A DNA stretch of 63,497 nt, filler included, from Lenisia limosa (lineage: Eukaryota > Protista > Breviatea), in assembly GCA_001655205.1 (NCBI GenBank). It is 7 parts of 7 records of this genome, joined end to end, with 100 filler letters (N's around TTAATTAATTAA, not from the genome) between each part and the next. Parts side by side here need not be neighbours in the genome. Positions count along the whole stretch, not along the records: positions 1 to 18,970 come from LPNZ01010599.1; positions 19,071 to 24,538 come from LPNZ01004631.1; positions 24,639 to 31,521 come from LPNZ01005717.1; 4 more parts are not named here. One strand, 5' to 3'. The position numbers and the translations under genes were made by a program. Every line of letters begins with the position of its first letter. The first letter of the stretch is position 1. Below the pieces are notes generated by a model. The model was not told the origin of the DNA. It did no database searches and was given only the letters and a program-made list of their open reading frames with translations. Positions 13,701 through 25,843 of the stretch are shown here, one piece after another.

Positions 13701-16700
13701 TAGGCTGAGATTGCGTCCCGCTTCTCTTCCTACTTCACCGTCAGTATTGGTGCGGCCCTCGGAACCGTTTACTCGGGGATTGTTGGTATGTTGGGGGTAG
13801 ATGAATCGTGAGGGTGGGTGAAATGTAATTATGCTAGTAATTGAAACGCTATCTAAACCCATTGGCTCTATATCTGCTTCAAAGGATGCTTTTAATTGAA
13901 ACTGACTGAATAGGGGCGCACGTGCTGAGGTGGAACGTAGTTGGACCAGCAGTTACTAGTATGCTGCGCCATTATATTGAAATAAATGTGTTATTGACTG
14001 CGTCAGCCAGGCACCTACTTGTCTCTTATTTGTACACACATAATTAGGAAATATTTTTTGCTTTGCGAAAGAGAGTGTGTCAAGTCTTTGATGATATTTG
14101 GTGAATGTAAAGTCAGCAATATTTTCCTTGATAGAATTCAACATAATGATTCTCAGATTATTGAGTATTTCCATTTACTCCACCCTGATCCTCCAGCTGC
14201 TCAGCGCCTTGCCTGTAACAAGGAGTACCAAATCCTATTCAATTGCCCCCTTCTCTCAAAACTCTCACAATCTATCTTTGCCAAGCCTGCTCTTGGTAAG
14301 TTTTTGGCTGTTTTTATGATGGTTAAGTATCTATTTATAGCGTATTGGTACCGAATATATACTAACGACTGAGGTACAGATTGTAACAAATGTGGTGACA
14401 TCAAAGTAACCAGTTCTTCAGAACTAATATTCTCCCTCACTTTGCAGCCTTCAACCCCCACGATCTTTCAAGCTCAAAATCGTCGACGTCAAGTTTCGAC
14501 ATGCCTGGACAAGCTCCAATGCATAAGCAACCCGCTCGAAGTAGGCTGCAAGGTTTATTGCCCCCATGGCAATAAGAACAAAAATGCAACTTGAGGGTTT
14601 ATTGAAACGTAGTTATCACACTTTACTTCCCTCTTCTTTTCTGACTGCTGTAGTGGCCAATACCCCGCAGGTTCAAAACGTGGTACTTCCAGGCTTACAG
14701 GGTTTGCGGTGCTATTTAATCGGGGATTAATAACACAGAACTGTCGATATCCTGCAACCCATTTACCCATTTGTATACGTTTTCTTATGGCTCAATGCTA
14801 TTAATTTTGACGAAATTAATCGACAAAATGTGAAATTGTAGTGTCTGAAATCGATTAATTGCACAGACCCCAACGTTTTCTCCATTAACTTTGTAGTATC
14901 CCCCTTGCTTGAACGACGAATCACCCCTAAAAAGGAAGGATCGGTCAAAACATGGGAGGTGGGATGTTTGCAGATTTAATGAGTAAATTTGTCACGAAGT
15001 TTGGTAATTTCCTCTTTGACCCAGTCAGATAATTGATCGATCCCCTTGTTTTTTTAAGATATCTTCACCCTTTAACGCTGATTATATATCATATNNNNNN
15101 NNNNNNNNNNNNNNNNNNNNNNNNNNNNNNNNNNNNNNNNNNNNNNNNNNNNNNNNNNNNNNNNNNNNNNNNNNNNNNNNNNCTCGATGATTGAAGTCAC
15201 CCACGGCCCGTCGGGAATCAAAACCCACGCACACCCTGCAGGAATCACAAATGCCATTGCTTTGGGGTCCCTGGTGAATAAGGTGGGTTTTGGAAATTCT
15301 TACCGAGACCAAGATTCAAAACATTTTTGACTGTAGTATCTGTTGTGCATTATTTATCATAATCCCTTTTCAGGTCCCTTTAGTCATTACATACCCACTG
15401 CAAACATATACAATATAAATTGTGTATATCCCAACCGTCCCTCTTCGTTGCCTCTCACAAAGCAGGTGACAAAAGGCTGTGGCGAAATCCGATGGTGCTT
15501 GCTCCCTTCGGAACACCCTGATAGTAATAACTTGTTCCATAGCGCCTTCGAGCCAAATTACCAGGTGGGTAAGAGGCGTGAAATGTTTGAGACGCCCGTT
15601 GCCTTTGTCTTGTTTCGAGTTTATGTAATTTTTTCTAAAAGCAGATATGATGTATAATATGCTTGTGTGGAGGAGGGATGGGGAAGGGTATATATCAACA
15701 AATTGTTATCTCTTGCCAAGCTCTCCAAGATACGTATACATGTAGCTATGTTTGTACGCCTTTCATACTCCAGCAAGTTAACAGTATCGCAATGGCGGCG
15801 ACAGAGGCATCATGCCTGCGTGTTGTCCGTCCTGTGTTCCTGCCGAATAGCGGATTGGGTTGGAGCTCATTGATGCGGCAAGCAAGTGAAAGTTGGCGGG
15901 AAATAATGGGCGACCTGTGAGAAAGAAGATATCCTTCACCGCCAAGGTAGCAAATATTGGGTCATGAAGGTTTTCAGCATAGATACTATATTAATATATC
16001 ACATGTATGTTCAGAGGTTGTTCATATCGACAACCCTTAGACTATCAAAAAATTTGCTATCATCAGTACTCTTATTTACCGCTCAGCAAGCACCGTAGTG
16101 GGTCGTTCGCTGTTCCAGGACGCCCCAAACCTGAGTAACGCGATTCTGGCAAATGAAGGACGCTTCAGCGACTTGGGTGAAATCCGGAGGAGTCATGTAT
16201 GCTGTTATTACACATTACACTCTTCCGCACAATACTCAATAACTGTACAGTTTCGCATACTATCCCACAAGCATTGACAGAAATGGCTCCAATACAAATC
16301 AACGTTACAATATTGTGCATATGCATTATTTGATGATAGCAATACNNNNNNNNNNNNNNNNNNNNNNNNNNNNNNNNNNNNNNNNNNNNNNNNNNNNNNN
16401 NNNNNNNNNNNNNNNNNNNNNNNNNNNNNNNNNNNNNNNNNNNNNNNNNNNNNNNNNNNNNNNNNNNNNNNNNNNNNNNNNNNNNNNNNNNNNNNNNNNN
16501 NNNNNNNNNNNNNNNNNNNNNNNNNNNNNNNNCCATTGAGGGAAATGGATGCCTTTTTCAAGGCTTTTGTTTTTGGGTCCTTTTTCAAGGCTTTTGTTTT
16601 TCAAGGCTTTTGTTTTCCTTCACTGCATCAGGCATAAACCGCTTGGCGAAGGCAGGAGCTCATCGTCCCTCTGGTTTGCGATACTGTCACTGTCTATTTC

Positions 16701-18450
16701 CCTTGTTCCTTTAGGGGCTGTCACTGTCTATTGCCCTTGTTCCTTTAGGGGTTTGGATAAGCATGTTTACTTTCTCTGATTGTTTTAGGTCCCATGACAA
16801 TCGGGTGACAAAACCATTGGAAGTACCAATCTTGAAAACAGAGTACATGTGAGGGGTTTTGAGGGGCTTGAATTTTGAGGGTATGTGTGTGTACGGGGTG
16901 GGGGGGGCTTGAAGAGTATTCTACTATCAGATTTTATCTCTTCTTTTGAGGCCTTCAAATTTGTCAGACAGAATGATGTGGATACTGCAGCATGCCCCTT
17001 CACCACATTTTGTCACCCTCCATAACCTTGACCATTTAGTCACCCCCCGTCCGTGACAACTCGAAGGAAGTGGTATGGCAAATTGGAGTTTGGTCTCTCT
17101 TCCGGTATGCACCTGGGTTCTAATTATCAAAGTTATCAGATTATGATTACCATTTCATAATAAATGGTGTTCGATCTTTCTCTCCAACTCCTTTACAAGC
17201 TACAAACTTTTCTTTCGTCTCATACAGTGAAAAACTGTGCAGCTTCTCATAACACAACTAACTCTCTTAGACCTTCCCTCAGGCGATTCAGCATTTGGAG
17301 GCAGCAGCGTTGTGCCGCTTGTACGCCAGAACCCCGTGTCCCTCAACCGCACCGGGTCGTCCTTGTCTCAGGTCGGAAGCTCCAAACGCGGCGCTTTGGC
17401 CAGTAAAGGGCCGCCACCGGTGTCCGTCCGAAGCAACTCCCTTCCTGCATCGTGGGGGGGGGGGGNNNNNNNNNNNNNNNNNNNNNNNNNNNNNNNNNNN
17501 NNNNNNNNNNNNNNNNNNNNNNNNNNNNNNNNNNNNNNNNNNNNNNNNNNNNNNNNNNNNNNNNNNNNNNNNNNNNNNNNNNNNNNNNNNNNNNNNNNNN
17601 NNNNNNNNNNNNNNNNNNNNNNNNNNNNNNNNNNNNNNNNNNNNNNNNNNNNNNNAGAACCATCCCGTCATCATCGTCGCTAAACAGTTTGGTCAGCCAA
17701 GGCTTCCAAGCATCAGCAGCCCATTTGCCAAAGACCGCCCATCCACCCACTCCCTCTAGTCTCTCATCAAAGCCTTCCCTGCACTCGCAAATATCCCTCA
17801 CATCACAACCGCAGTCGTCACCGATCCAGACGCCGTCGTCATACACCCCTCAGATCAATCAGATTGTAGTTCCCGTCCTGGACCAGAGCCCTGTCATGTC
17901 CGACCTTTCTGTGGTTATCCCGGATCGGGCTTTTGCTGAAAGTCAGCCACCAAGCCCCGACACTCCATGTCACAGTGGGGGGAGGTCTTCTCTCTTCTTA
18001 TATTACATTTTTTACATTCTATTGTAATATCTACGTTGTTCCACTTTGCCCAACAATCTCCCACTGTTCAGCCCAAAGTCCGCGCGGGGGCCAACCGTCA
18101 TTATACTGTCGCAGCAGTGTGAGCACAATGGTTCTGCCAACTCCCTTCCACTCCGGCGAGCTTGAAGAGGGCACACCGTGGGGGGGGGGGGNNNNNNNNN
18201 NNNNNNNNNNNNNNNNNNNNNNNNNNNNNNNNNNNNNNNNNNNNNNNNNNNNNNNNNNNNNNNNNNNNNNNNNNNNNNNNNNNNNNNNNNNNNNNNATTT
18301 ACCTCTACAGCATGGCCGCGGACACTCCTACAACCCGCTCCTCTACCAAAACCAGTGACCACTCTCCCTCTGTCCGGGCAATCACCAGGGATGACATTGG
18401 GAAACCGGCTGGACTCCCTGGCTCGCCACTCACCAAGCCCAAGCCTGGGG
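10710..18450 (+). CDS. Multi-pass membrane protein with a degenerate class III adenylyl/guanylyl cyclase domain and a long Ser/Pro-rich C-terminal region; 3' end not found
   Basis: Hydrophobic exons at 10880-12420, then ESLCNLLVPRVVAQQAREWPGEQVVQHHEEAGVVCIS (~12750-12860), HVTSVSAELVTIVCGAPIP (13346-13449), AEIASRFSSYFTVSIGAALGTVYSGIVG (13704-13785) and GAHVLRWNVVGPAVT|TAQRLACNKEYQILFN (13914-13958 joined to 14197-14295). These follow the motif order of the cyclase fold. Phase-compatible exons continue through 14450-14960 and probably to ~18450. Confidence 0.65.
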
Positions 18451-19014
18451 TATGCTTTTGCAGAACAAAAGAGAGTTGTCTCATGTTATTGCTTTTGATT
18501 TTGGTCACTAAATAATCCCCCAGTATTCGTTCGTGAAAGAACAACAATGCTCCTTTATAGGGATGTCAATATATGGGAGTTNNNNNNNNNNNNNNNNNNN
18601 NNNNNNNNNNNNNNNNNNNNNNNNNNNNNNNNNNNNNNNNNNNNNNNNNNNNNNNNNNNNNNNNNNNNNNNNNNNNNNNNNNNNNNNNNNNNNNNNNNNN
18701 NNNNNNNNNNNNNNNNNNNNNNNNNNNNNNNNNNNNNNNNNNNNNNNNNNNNNNNNNNNNNNNNNNNNNNNNNNNNNNNNNATGTAATGCTCTTCACTTA
18801 TCATAGTTAATTTAAGATTTTTTTTTTTATTATTATTCGATTGTGTGGATTTGATTCATTATTTCTTTAAAAAGATAGCGTTATTTCTCCCAATGATATT
18901 GGGCTTTTCTGGACAGTTGTTACACACTGTGAAAACCTATAGTACGCTGGAGTGATGGGATGCGGTGCTGNNNNNNNNNNNNNNNNNNNNNNNNNNNNNN
19001 NNNNNNNNNNNNNN

Positions 19015-19026
19015 TTAATTAATTAA
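19015..19026. other. Artificial contig linker TTAATTAATTAA inside a 100-nt N spacer; identical linkers at 24583-24594, 31566-31577, 36672-36683, 49125-49136 and 61516-61527
   Basis: The same 12-mer with stops in all six frames, each time flanked by 44 N per side. Genes are truncated at these joins (tRNA-Leu, SRP68, the Cys-rich gene). Confidence 0.97.
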
Positions 19027-19129
19027 NNNNNNNNNNNNNNNNNNNNNNNNNNNNNNNNNNNNNNNNNNNNCCAAAAAAGACCGACACAGTATCGATATTT
19101 ATCGGGGATTTATTGAGTCTTTTCAAGCC

Positions 19130-19540
19130 ACAGTTCAGACCTAGTCCTAATGTTCCAGCGCTGACCTCATCATCAACTTCCGGATTTGTGCACAACTGTT
19201 TGAATGCAAGCAAAGTGGTAGGCTTTCACTGGTTTAAAAAATGAAATACTCGTTTCTTTTTAATATTATGTTTTTTTGTCAACTATGTGCCAGATATCAC
19301 GCTGGAGTGATTGGATGCGGTGCTTGGGCTTTGTTTGTTTTATTGTTATCAACCCTCTTGTGCTGTTAGCCAACAGAGTATATTTGGGCTTTTTTTTTTG
19401 TTTCATATATTTTCCAATTTTATCCCCCATTACGACTAGAACACCTTTTGACACATTAATGATAAATATCAATTCTTACTATGTCTTCAAAAAAGGAAAT
19501 GAACGGGACTCGCCATTTTCCTGCTCTTCTAGTTGACCAT
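19130..19540 (-). CDS. Possible short exons of a minus-strand gene running off the contig end
   Basis: AG/GT-bounded open segments reading KSRKMASP (~19510-19535) and LCTNPEVDDEVSAGTLGL (~19140-19195); weak. Confidence 0.25.
19299..19428 (+). repeat. R1 dispersed repeat, near-full-length copy (probably antisense to a weak minus-strand gene)
   Basis: ACGCTGGAGTGATTGGATGCGGTGC...GGGCTTTGTTTGTT...TTATCAACCCTC...AGCCAACAGAG...TTTGTTTCATATATTTTCCAATTTTATCCCCC, shared with the other R1 copies. Confidence 0.9.
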
Positions 19541-20329
19541 TATAGATTCGCCCTGATCACATTTCCTGGATCGCTGTTCAAATGTAGACTTTTCTCAATT
19601 GTTATGCGACCGTTTTAGCTGGAAGTGGACATATTACACAAATGGACTCCCCTGAGTGGGGTGTACATAGAAAATTTGAAATAAACAGGGGGTTGGAGGG
19701 GAGGGAAGGGAGTGGAGGGAGGGAGAATCTCTGTTGACTCAGCATTGTGCGGGGGTGATATTCGGCGTATATATATCGCAATTATTTGTATTAAACGTAT
19801 GACTGCTTTTCAAATGTAAGCCTTTCTCATACTCATCTAAATCACGTCCCAGCCCTCCAGCCTACATTACGGCGCATCGACTTGCAATTCTTGTGAAAAA
19901 CTTGGAAATTCCCATATATTTTAAGGAAATCCCAAGTCCATGCGCCGTAGTGCATCACGCCAGCCTAAATCACGTCCCATCACTCCAGTGTATAAGATTA
20001 CGGATTCCAAAGAACTATATCAATCATAATTATTTGTATAACACAACAATTAAGAAAGTCTTCCCCGACTCAGTTCAAAAAACCCTTATCGAACCGAAGC
20101 GCCCCCCCTCACCCCACGTCCCCAAGGGGGAGGGAGGGAATGAGAATCAAAGAATGTAAACTTGTCAGGCTTTTCTCTTTATCTGCTGTTTGGTTTTGTC
20201 AGGGTTTTGTTTCTGTCACCCCAATGATATGTTAATATAGAAACCATATTATTCTTCTCACCTGCACTGTGTTAGAATGTTTATTGTTTTACTTCAGTTT
20301 TATTTATTATATAGTGATGTTTTTATGCA

Positions 20330-23300
20330 AGGCTAGGAGGCTGGAAAGCAAAGCACTGGCTTGGTACAGGCGCGGCAAGATCATAACTACATCGTTTGTT
20401 ACATTTGTTACATCTTTTGGACCCCCCCAAAATCTCCCCTTTGAGTTGCTTCCGCATACCCCCAGATTATTTAATGCAATCACTCAAAGTTCATGAAGTT
20501 CCAAGAAGTTCCGCGTCGCCAGGTAGAAAGATGGAAAGATAGATAGCTACCAGCACTAAACAACCACAATCCACAATCAATATACGTGCCGAGATACCTC
20601 GCTCTTCTCAAAACGGCTATCTGCTCCATCTTGGCTCCATCGCCCTTCTCTCTTCTTATCAACTTAAAACAGAAGTTTTAGTGGTTCCAAGACCAGGGGC
20701 TGAGAAAGCCTTGCAAGAGGAAGCACAATGGCTTTTGACATTTCAGGTTTGTGCTGTTACTTGCCATATAACTGTCTCAAACAACATCTGCTTCAAATGT
20801 GCTTATTTCGTAAACTGATCACTATTATCAATTGACAGGTCTTATCGCGGTCAGTGTAGATGTATAATACTCATGAATTATGCCTGAACTGTTCCACACC
20901 CTGTGTTTGTGTGATCTGGTTTTTGTATGGTCTAAACAGTTTTTGTTTGTTTTAACTTCAGATGAAGTTCCTTTACGCCAATTTTATACTTCACAATTTC
21001 CTTCGCGCTCCATCTTTTTTTGTGTTTTCCAATTTTACTCCCTAATCCCCCTCCTCGTCGAATTCCCCTTCGTTTTACTCCCCCCCCCCCNNNNNNNNNN
21101 NNNNNNNNNNNNNNNNNNNNNNNNNNNNNNNNNNNNNNNNNNNNNNNNNNNNNNNNNNNNNNNNNNNNNNNNNNNNNNNNNNNNNNNNNNNNNNNNNNNN
21201 NNNNNNNNNNNNNNNNNNNNNNNNNNNNNNNNNNNNNNNNNNNNNNNNNNNNNNNNNNNNNNNNNNNNNNNNNNNNNNNNNNNNNNNNNNNNNNNNNNNN
21301 NNNNNNNNNNNNNNNNNTACGTCATTGTTGCAGTCACCGTCATTTCCCCCGCTCAGTATTGGAAGAGGCCGCCAGAGTAATGCACCCGAAATGTTTACTG
21401 AAGCGCAGGTTGGTTGTCGGTTGTGTGGGTGGCTTCTCTTTGGTCCGCCAGAAGACCGAATATTTCTATAAATCTTCGAAAACCCTTGATATTGACTGGC
21501 TTTTTTCTTAACCTGGGTGAAGCCCATATTGTGTGGGTCGGCTTAGGGCAAACGCTTTCCTCATATTTTACTCCCNNNNNNNNNNNNNNNNNNNNNNNNN
21601 NNNNNNNNNNNNNNNNNNNNNNNNNNNNNNNNNNNNNNNNNNNNNNNNNNNNNNNNNNNNNNNNNNNNNNNNNNNNNNNNNNNNNNNNNNNNNNNNNNNN
21701 NNNNNNNNNNNNTCCTCGATAAGTGTTTCGGAACAAAGTGAAGCTCTAATAAATAGTTTTTGATTGAATATGAATTTTTTTATCAGTTTAATTTATTCGT
21801 TTTTTTAGGGTTTTTACTCTCAAATTCTGTGGTAATAAAATTATTAAATATTAACCCCCCACCCCACTCTGTATAAAACCTCGATAAATATCGATATTTT
21901 ACCGGTGCTTTCACTCACTTTTAACAGAAAACCCTCCGCCCATGCGCGATATAAAACCTCAATAAATATTGCTATTTTCTCACTTTTAACAGAAAGCATG
22001 GGAAGACGAAAGGTACAGGGTCGTGACTCAGTGGAAATCAGCCGTGGCAAAATGCGAACAAATGGACAAGCTTCTTATTCAAGCCTCAACGTAAGAAGAA
22101 TAATCGAGAAATGTCGATATTTTATCGGGTTTATTTGGACCGAAGTTCATCTCACCCCTCCGAGTGATGGGACAGTGTTGCGGAAGCGACTTTTTTGGAC
22201 TTAGTTTGTTTTGTTGTTATCAACCCTCGTGTGTTGTCAGCCATAAATTTTTCAATTTTACCCCCCCCCCCCCNNNNNNNNNNNNNNNNNNNNNNNNNNN
22301 NNNNNNNNNNNNNNNNNNNNNNNNNNNNNNNNNNNNNNNNNACCCTCGTGTGATATTTATTTTGGGGTTTTCTTTTTTGATAATTTTCCATTTTCTACCC
22401 TTCCCTCCTCTTCACCCCATTTTAGGGCACTCAACAACGCGTTGGCCCAAAGAGACGCTGCGAGAGCCTCAGCTGAAAAGGCGGCGAGGAAAGCAAAAAA
22501 GGTGAGCTAACCATAAGTAGGGCTTCACTTTGGTTCGAAGAAAGACTGAATTTCTCGATAAATCCTCGAAAACTATCGATATTTCACTGGGTTTTTTCGA
22601 ACCTAGTGAAGCCCCAACTATAAGGCTGTATGCTGAGGTACACAGAGGTGTAAGACAAGTGATTGGGTGAATTAATATGATACTATAACCCAAAATCTCA
22701 ATCAATAGGCTTTGGCCGGGTACAATCTTCTTTTATTTCTCAACTCTCAATATGTATACTTTAGGTTTTTATTTAAGAAGAAAGTGTGACAATAAGAAGG
22801 TTGGATCGTTAATAACTAAATGGCTGCAAGGAAGGCAAAGAAGGTGCATCTTTATAGCTACTGCTCACACCAGCAGAATTTTGACGAGGTGCAAAACTTG
22901 CATCAAATGTGTGGAACTCTGGAGGCCGAATTAGCGAACACGTCATCGGTACTGGCTTCCGTCGGCAAGGAGGTGGGCTGTTGGAATACTTTGGATTGGG
23001 CTGTAGAATTTAGGAGTTGAGCCTGGTCTGATTACTTGGATAAGCTTTGGGGTAAGGATGAAGAAGAAAGTATGCAACAAACAAACAATTGACTGCTGAA
23101 GAGCTAACGTGGATAATATGTTCCAAATTCCAGATTTTTACAACTATCTCCTTCTGATTTCTTGTTTTAGTTATTTTCATTTGGGGTTTTTTTTTTTGAC
23201 TGAATTGGGTGTTTTTCCACTGATTAATATGCCGTGAGTGACATGGAAATTGGATGTTGAATTTCCTTTGAAAACAGATGCATCCTTTATACCATGATTA

Positions 23301-24212
23301 TATAGACGGTTTTTGCAGATATAATCTCACTTTAGTGAAAATCCTATCGTTTTCTACTCTCATGTGTGTTCCTCATGTGTATCTAACACTTTAGAATGAA
23401 CACTTCAAACAGAATGAGATGGACTCGAAAAGCCAGGATGCACTCAAAATCAAAGGGTGAGAGTTGTCCCATCCCTATCCATCATCATACATTCATTATA
23501 TGAATAATCTTCATCTTTTATTGTATTTCTCAAATTACATCATCAGTCACATATGATATAATCATCATCATCATCATCACATAACCTGATCATCATCGTA
23601 TACTATACTCATATGTGATACTTACACATCATCACCATCCCATTTCCATCATAATCATCACCAATCAAAGCCTCGAAACGTCTCTCGCCGCATCCGAGGA
23701 AAAGTACCAAATTGTTGTGGCTGAACTGGACCGAGCCCAGTCCAAAGCGGATTCTAGTAGTGCGGCGCTGCAAGCGGCAAATGAAACCCGTATCAACCAG
23801 GCCAATCGAATTGCCTACTTGGTGGGAAGGTTTTTCTGGAGTTTAACTCGGTTGTAAGAAATCTTTAGTTTAACTCGGTAGTGAATGGGTAAGAAGTCTT
23901 GATGGGTAGAACCCTTGGACAATTCGGTCAAGACTTCTCATTGTCAAAATAGTGCTCTAAATTCGGTCTTGCTACATAGTAGATGTATTCTCAACACTGT
24001 TTGGCTTCATTCACAACCAAAAATCATACATCCTAGGAAAAAGAGCTTGAACAGATCAAGGAAGAAACCAAAGCAGACCTGCAGCATTTTGAGCAGGAGA
24101 ATGCAAGGTATGAGGCGGGGTGTGGCTGCATTTTTTTTTTTTTTGTAATGAAGTCTCTTTTGAAACTAGGATCTTGAAGATCCGGCGGTTACACAAGAAA
24201 TACAAAGAATGA
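20330..24212 (+). CDS. Coiled-coil protein, multi-exon
   Basis: Exons KAWEDERYRVVTQWKSAVAKCEQMDKLLIQAST, ALNNALAQRDAARASAEKAARKAKK, SLETSLAASEEKYQIVVAELDRAQSKADSSSAALQAANETRINQANRIAYL, EKELEQIKEETKADLQHFEQENAR|ILKIRRLHKKYKE-TGA. Start uncertain. Confidence 0.7.
22162..22424 (+). repeat. R1 copy plus a second partial R1 copy near the 3' end of an intron
   Basis: GAGTGATGGGA...GAAGCGAC...TTATCAACCCTCGTGTGTTGTCAGCC...CAATTTTACCCCCC (22162-22273), then ACCCTCGTGTG...TTTTCCATTTTCTACCC leading to the acceptor at ~22424. Confidence 0.85.
22520..22614. mobile_element. R2 MITE (~95 bp hairpin)
   Basis: TIRs GGGCTTCACTTTGGTTCGAAGAAAGAC ... TTTTTTCGAACCTAGTGAAGCCC; TA on the left. Confidence 0.85.
23540..23662 (+). 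repeat. Degenerate (CAT)n microsatellite in an intron
   Basis: ATCATCATCATCATCATCAC and scattered CATCAT/CACCAT units. Confidence 0.75.
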
Positions 24213-24478
24213 TCGAGAAACAAAAGAAAAGAGGGGATCAAAAACAAAAACGGTGACATCAAAATTTGCTGATAAAACACCAGGCTATCCAAAGTATTCC
24301 CTGATTTTGGCCAGTTATCTTGCTATATTCTATGGGGGCAGTAATACTCAAAATTTAGTGATATTGGGGATGATGGGCGTATGCCACAAGCCGTTTATTA
24401 ATAATAAGTAAAAAATATATCGATTTTTACGCCCAAAAAACTAGCTTAGGGAATGAAATAGTGTTGCTTCTTAATAAC

Positions 24479-24538
24479 GACAATTTGGCCGAGTTGGTCT
24501 AAGGCGTCACGTTAAGGTCGTGATCTCTCCGGAGGCGT
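24479..24538 (+). tRNA. tRNA-Leu (anticodon AAG), 3' end lost at the contig end
   Basis: GACAATT TG GCCGAGTTGGTCTAAGGC G TCACG-TTAAGGT-CGTGA followed by a long variable arm (TCTCTCCGGAGGC). A-box-like D arm, perfect 5-bp anticodon stem, class II arm typical of Leu. Confidence 0.9.
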
Positions 24539-24638
24539 NNNNNNNNNNNNNNNNNNNNNNNNNNNNNNNNNNNNNNNNNNNNTTAATTAATTAANNNNNN
24601 NNNNNNNNNNNNNNNNNNNNNNNNNNNNNNNNNNNNNN

Positions 24639-25428
24639 CATTCCCATACCCATCCCCCTACTACTTTGGAGTTAAAATATTCGTGTCCACTCCTCAGACA
24701 TTCATTTACGAACAACATGCTTGAATCTAACCCCCCAACATACGTATGACATCCTTCTCAGCCATTCTCCTTAACAAATCGTTGATCCAAAGGCAAACAA
24801 GGAGATAATGTCAAAAAGAAGCAAAAATTGACCAAACCGTAGTTATTTAACCCCCCCCCCCCNNNNNNNNNNNNNNNNNNNNNNNNNNNNNNNNNNNNNN
24901 NNNNNNNNNNNNNNNNNNNNNNNNNNNNNNNNNNNNNNNNNNNNNNNNNNNNNNNNNNNAGCATCTCTCAGCCTCAACAAGCGGAATGAGAAGGTGGCTG
25001 GGGATGGTGATAAGAAATCGCCTTGATTCACGAGTTCAGTTCATTTCTATCAAAAAGCGCAGAGCAAGATGGATTCTCCATGATCTCCTTACTTTGCGGT
25101 GTCCATTTGCTCGGGCTTGAACAGATGCGGTTTGAAGCGTCGGCCATTGTTGATCTTTAAGTTGTGGCGGATACGACGAAGGCGACGAGTGCAGTATTGC
25201 CTAAATCGATCAGAACAGCAAACAGCAAGAAAGCATCCAGAGGGAACCGGTGTTCTTTACCGACCTATAGCGAATGTAGTCCTGATGCCTTAATCCGTGC
25301 TGTGTTTGAGAGTTTTTAACCTCAAGAAGAACTGCAGCGGTGAGAAGGGTTATAACAAGAGTGGGATCCAAACCATTTAAGGTGACTTTAGGTGTAGTTT
25401 TGGGGGTAGGAGTCTGTTCAGGCTCCAT
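24639..25428 (-). CDS. SRP68: Signal recognition particle subunit SRP68, 5' exons only (truncated at the contig end)
   Basis: Exons 25428-25265, 25200-25093 and 24997-24960 splice to ...LLEVKNSQTQHGLRHQDYIRYRQYCTRRLRRIRHNLKINNGRRFKPHLFKPEQMDTANHLLIPLVEAERC, matching the SRP68 RNA-binding domain pattern QHGLRHxD(Y/F)xRYRxYCxRRxRR...L(L)xxLxxAERxW. Confidence 0.92.
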
Positions 25429-25843
25429 TTTAGCGTGCTACTTCAAGTACTGTCGTATTCCTGAGCAAGACAATGTTCAATAAATTTACTCCTTTCACAG
25501 AGTCTCTATACTTGATTGTTCTATTTGTTTTTGGTTTTGTCACTCGTTTTTTTGAGCAGTTTTTTTTTGGTGAAAAAGGCTGTTAGCTCAAGTCAGATAT
25601 CCTAGTTTTTTATGTTTATGATTTTGTTTTTTTGGTAAAAGACAGGGTGAGGAAAAACTTAAGAGCTATCTGCAGAACACGAGATACAATATTGAAGAGT
25701 TTATATAGTTGGCCACGTAACAATTTGAGAGTAAATTGCTTCGTTTGCTTTTGAAATGTAAACTGTGGGCTGAAAAGCCATTAATAAGTACGTGCATTAC
25801 GTTTTAACTCGGCAAACACCCCTTTCAAGTGGTGGCTGCCAAA

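Noticed and set aside
745-18810. Many listed ORFs that run through N stretches (e.g. 745-1149, 2223-2774, 17452-18027, 18508-18810)
   Set aside because: Their length comes from X codons in assembly gaps; they are not evidence of coding sequence.
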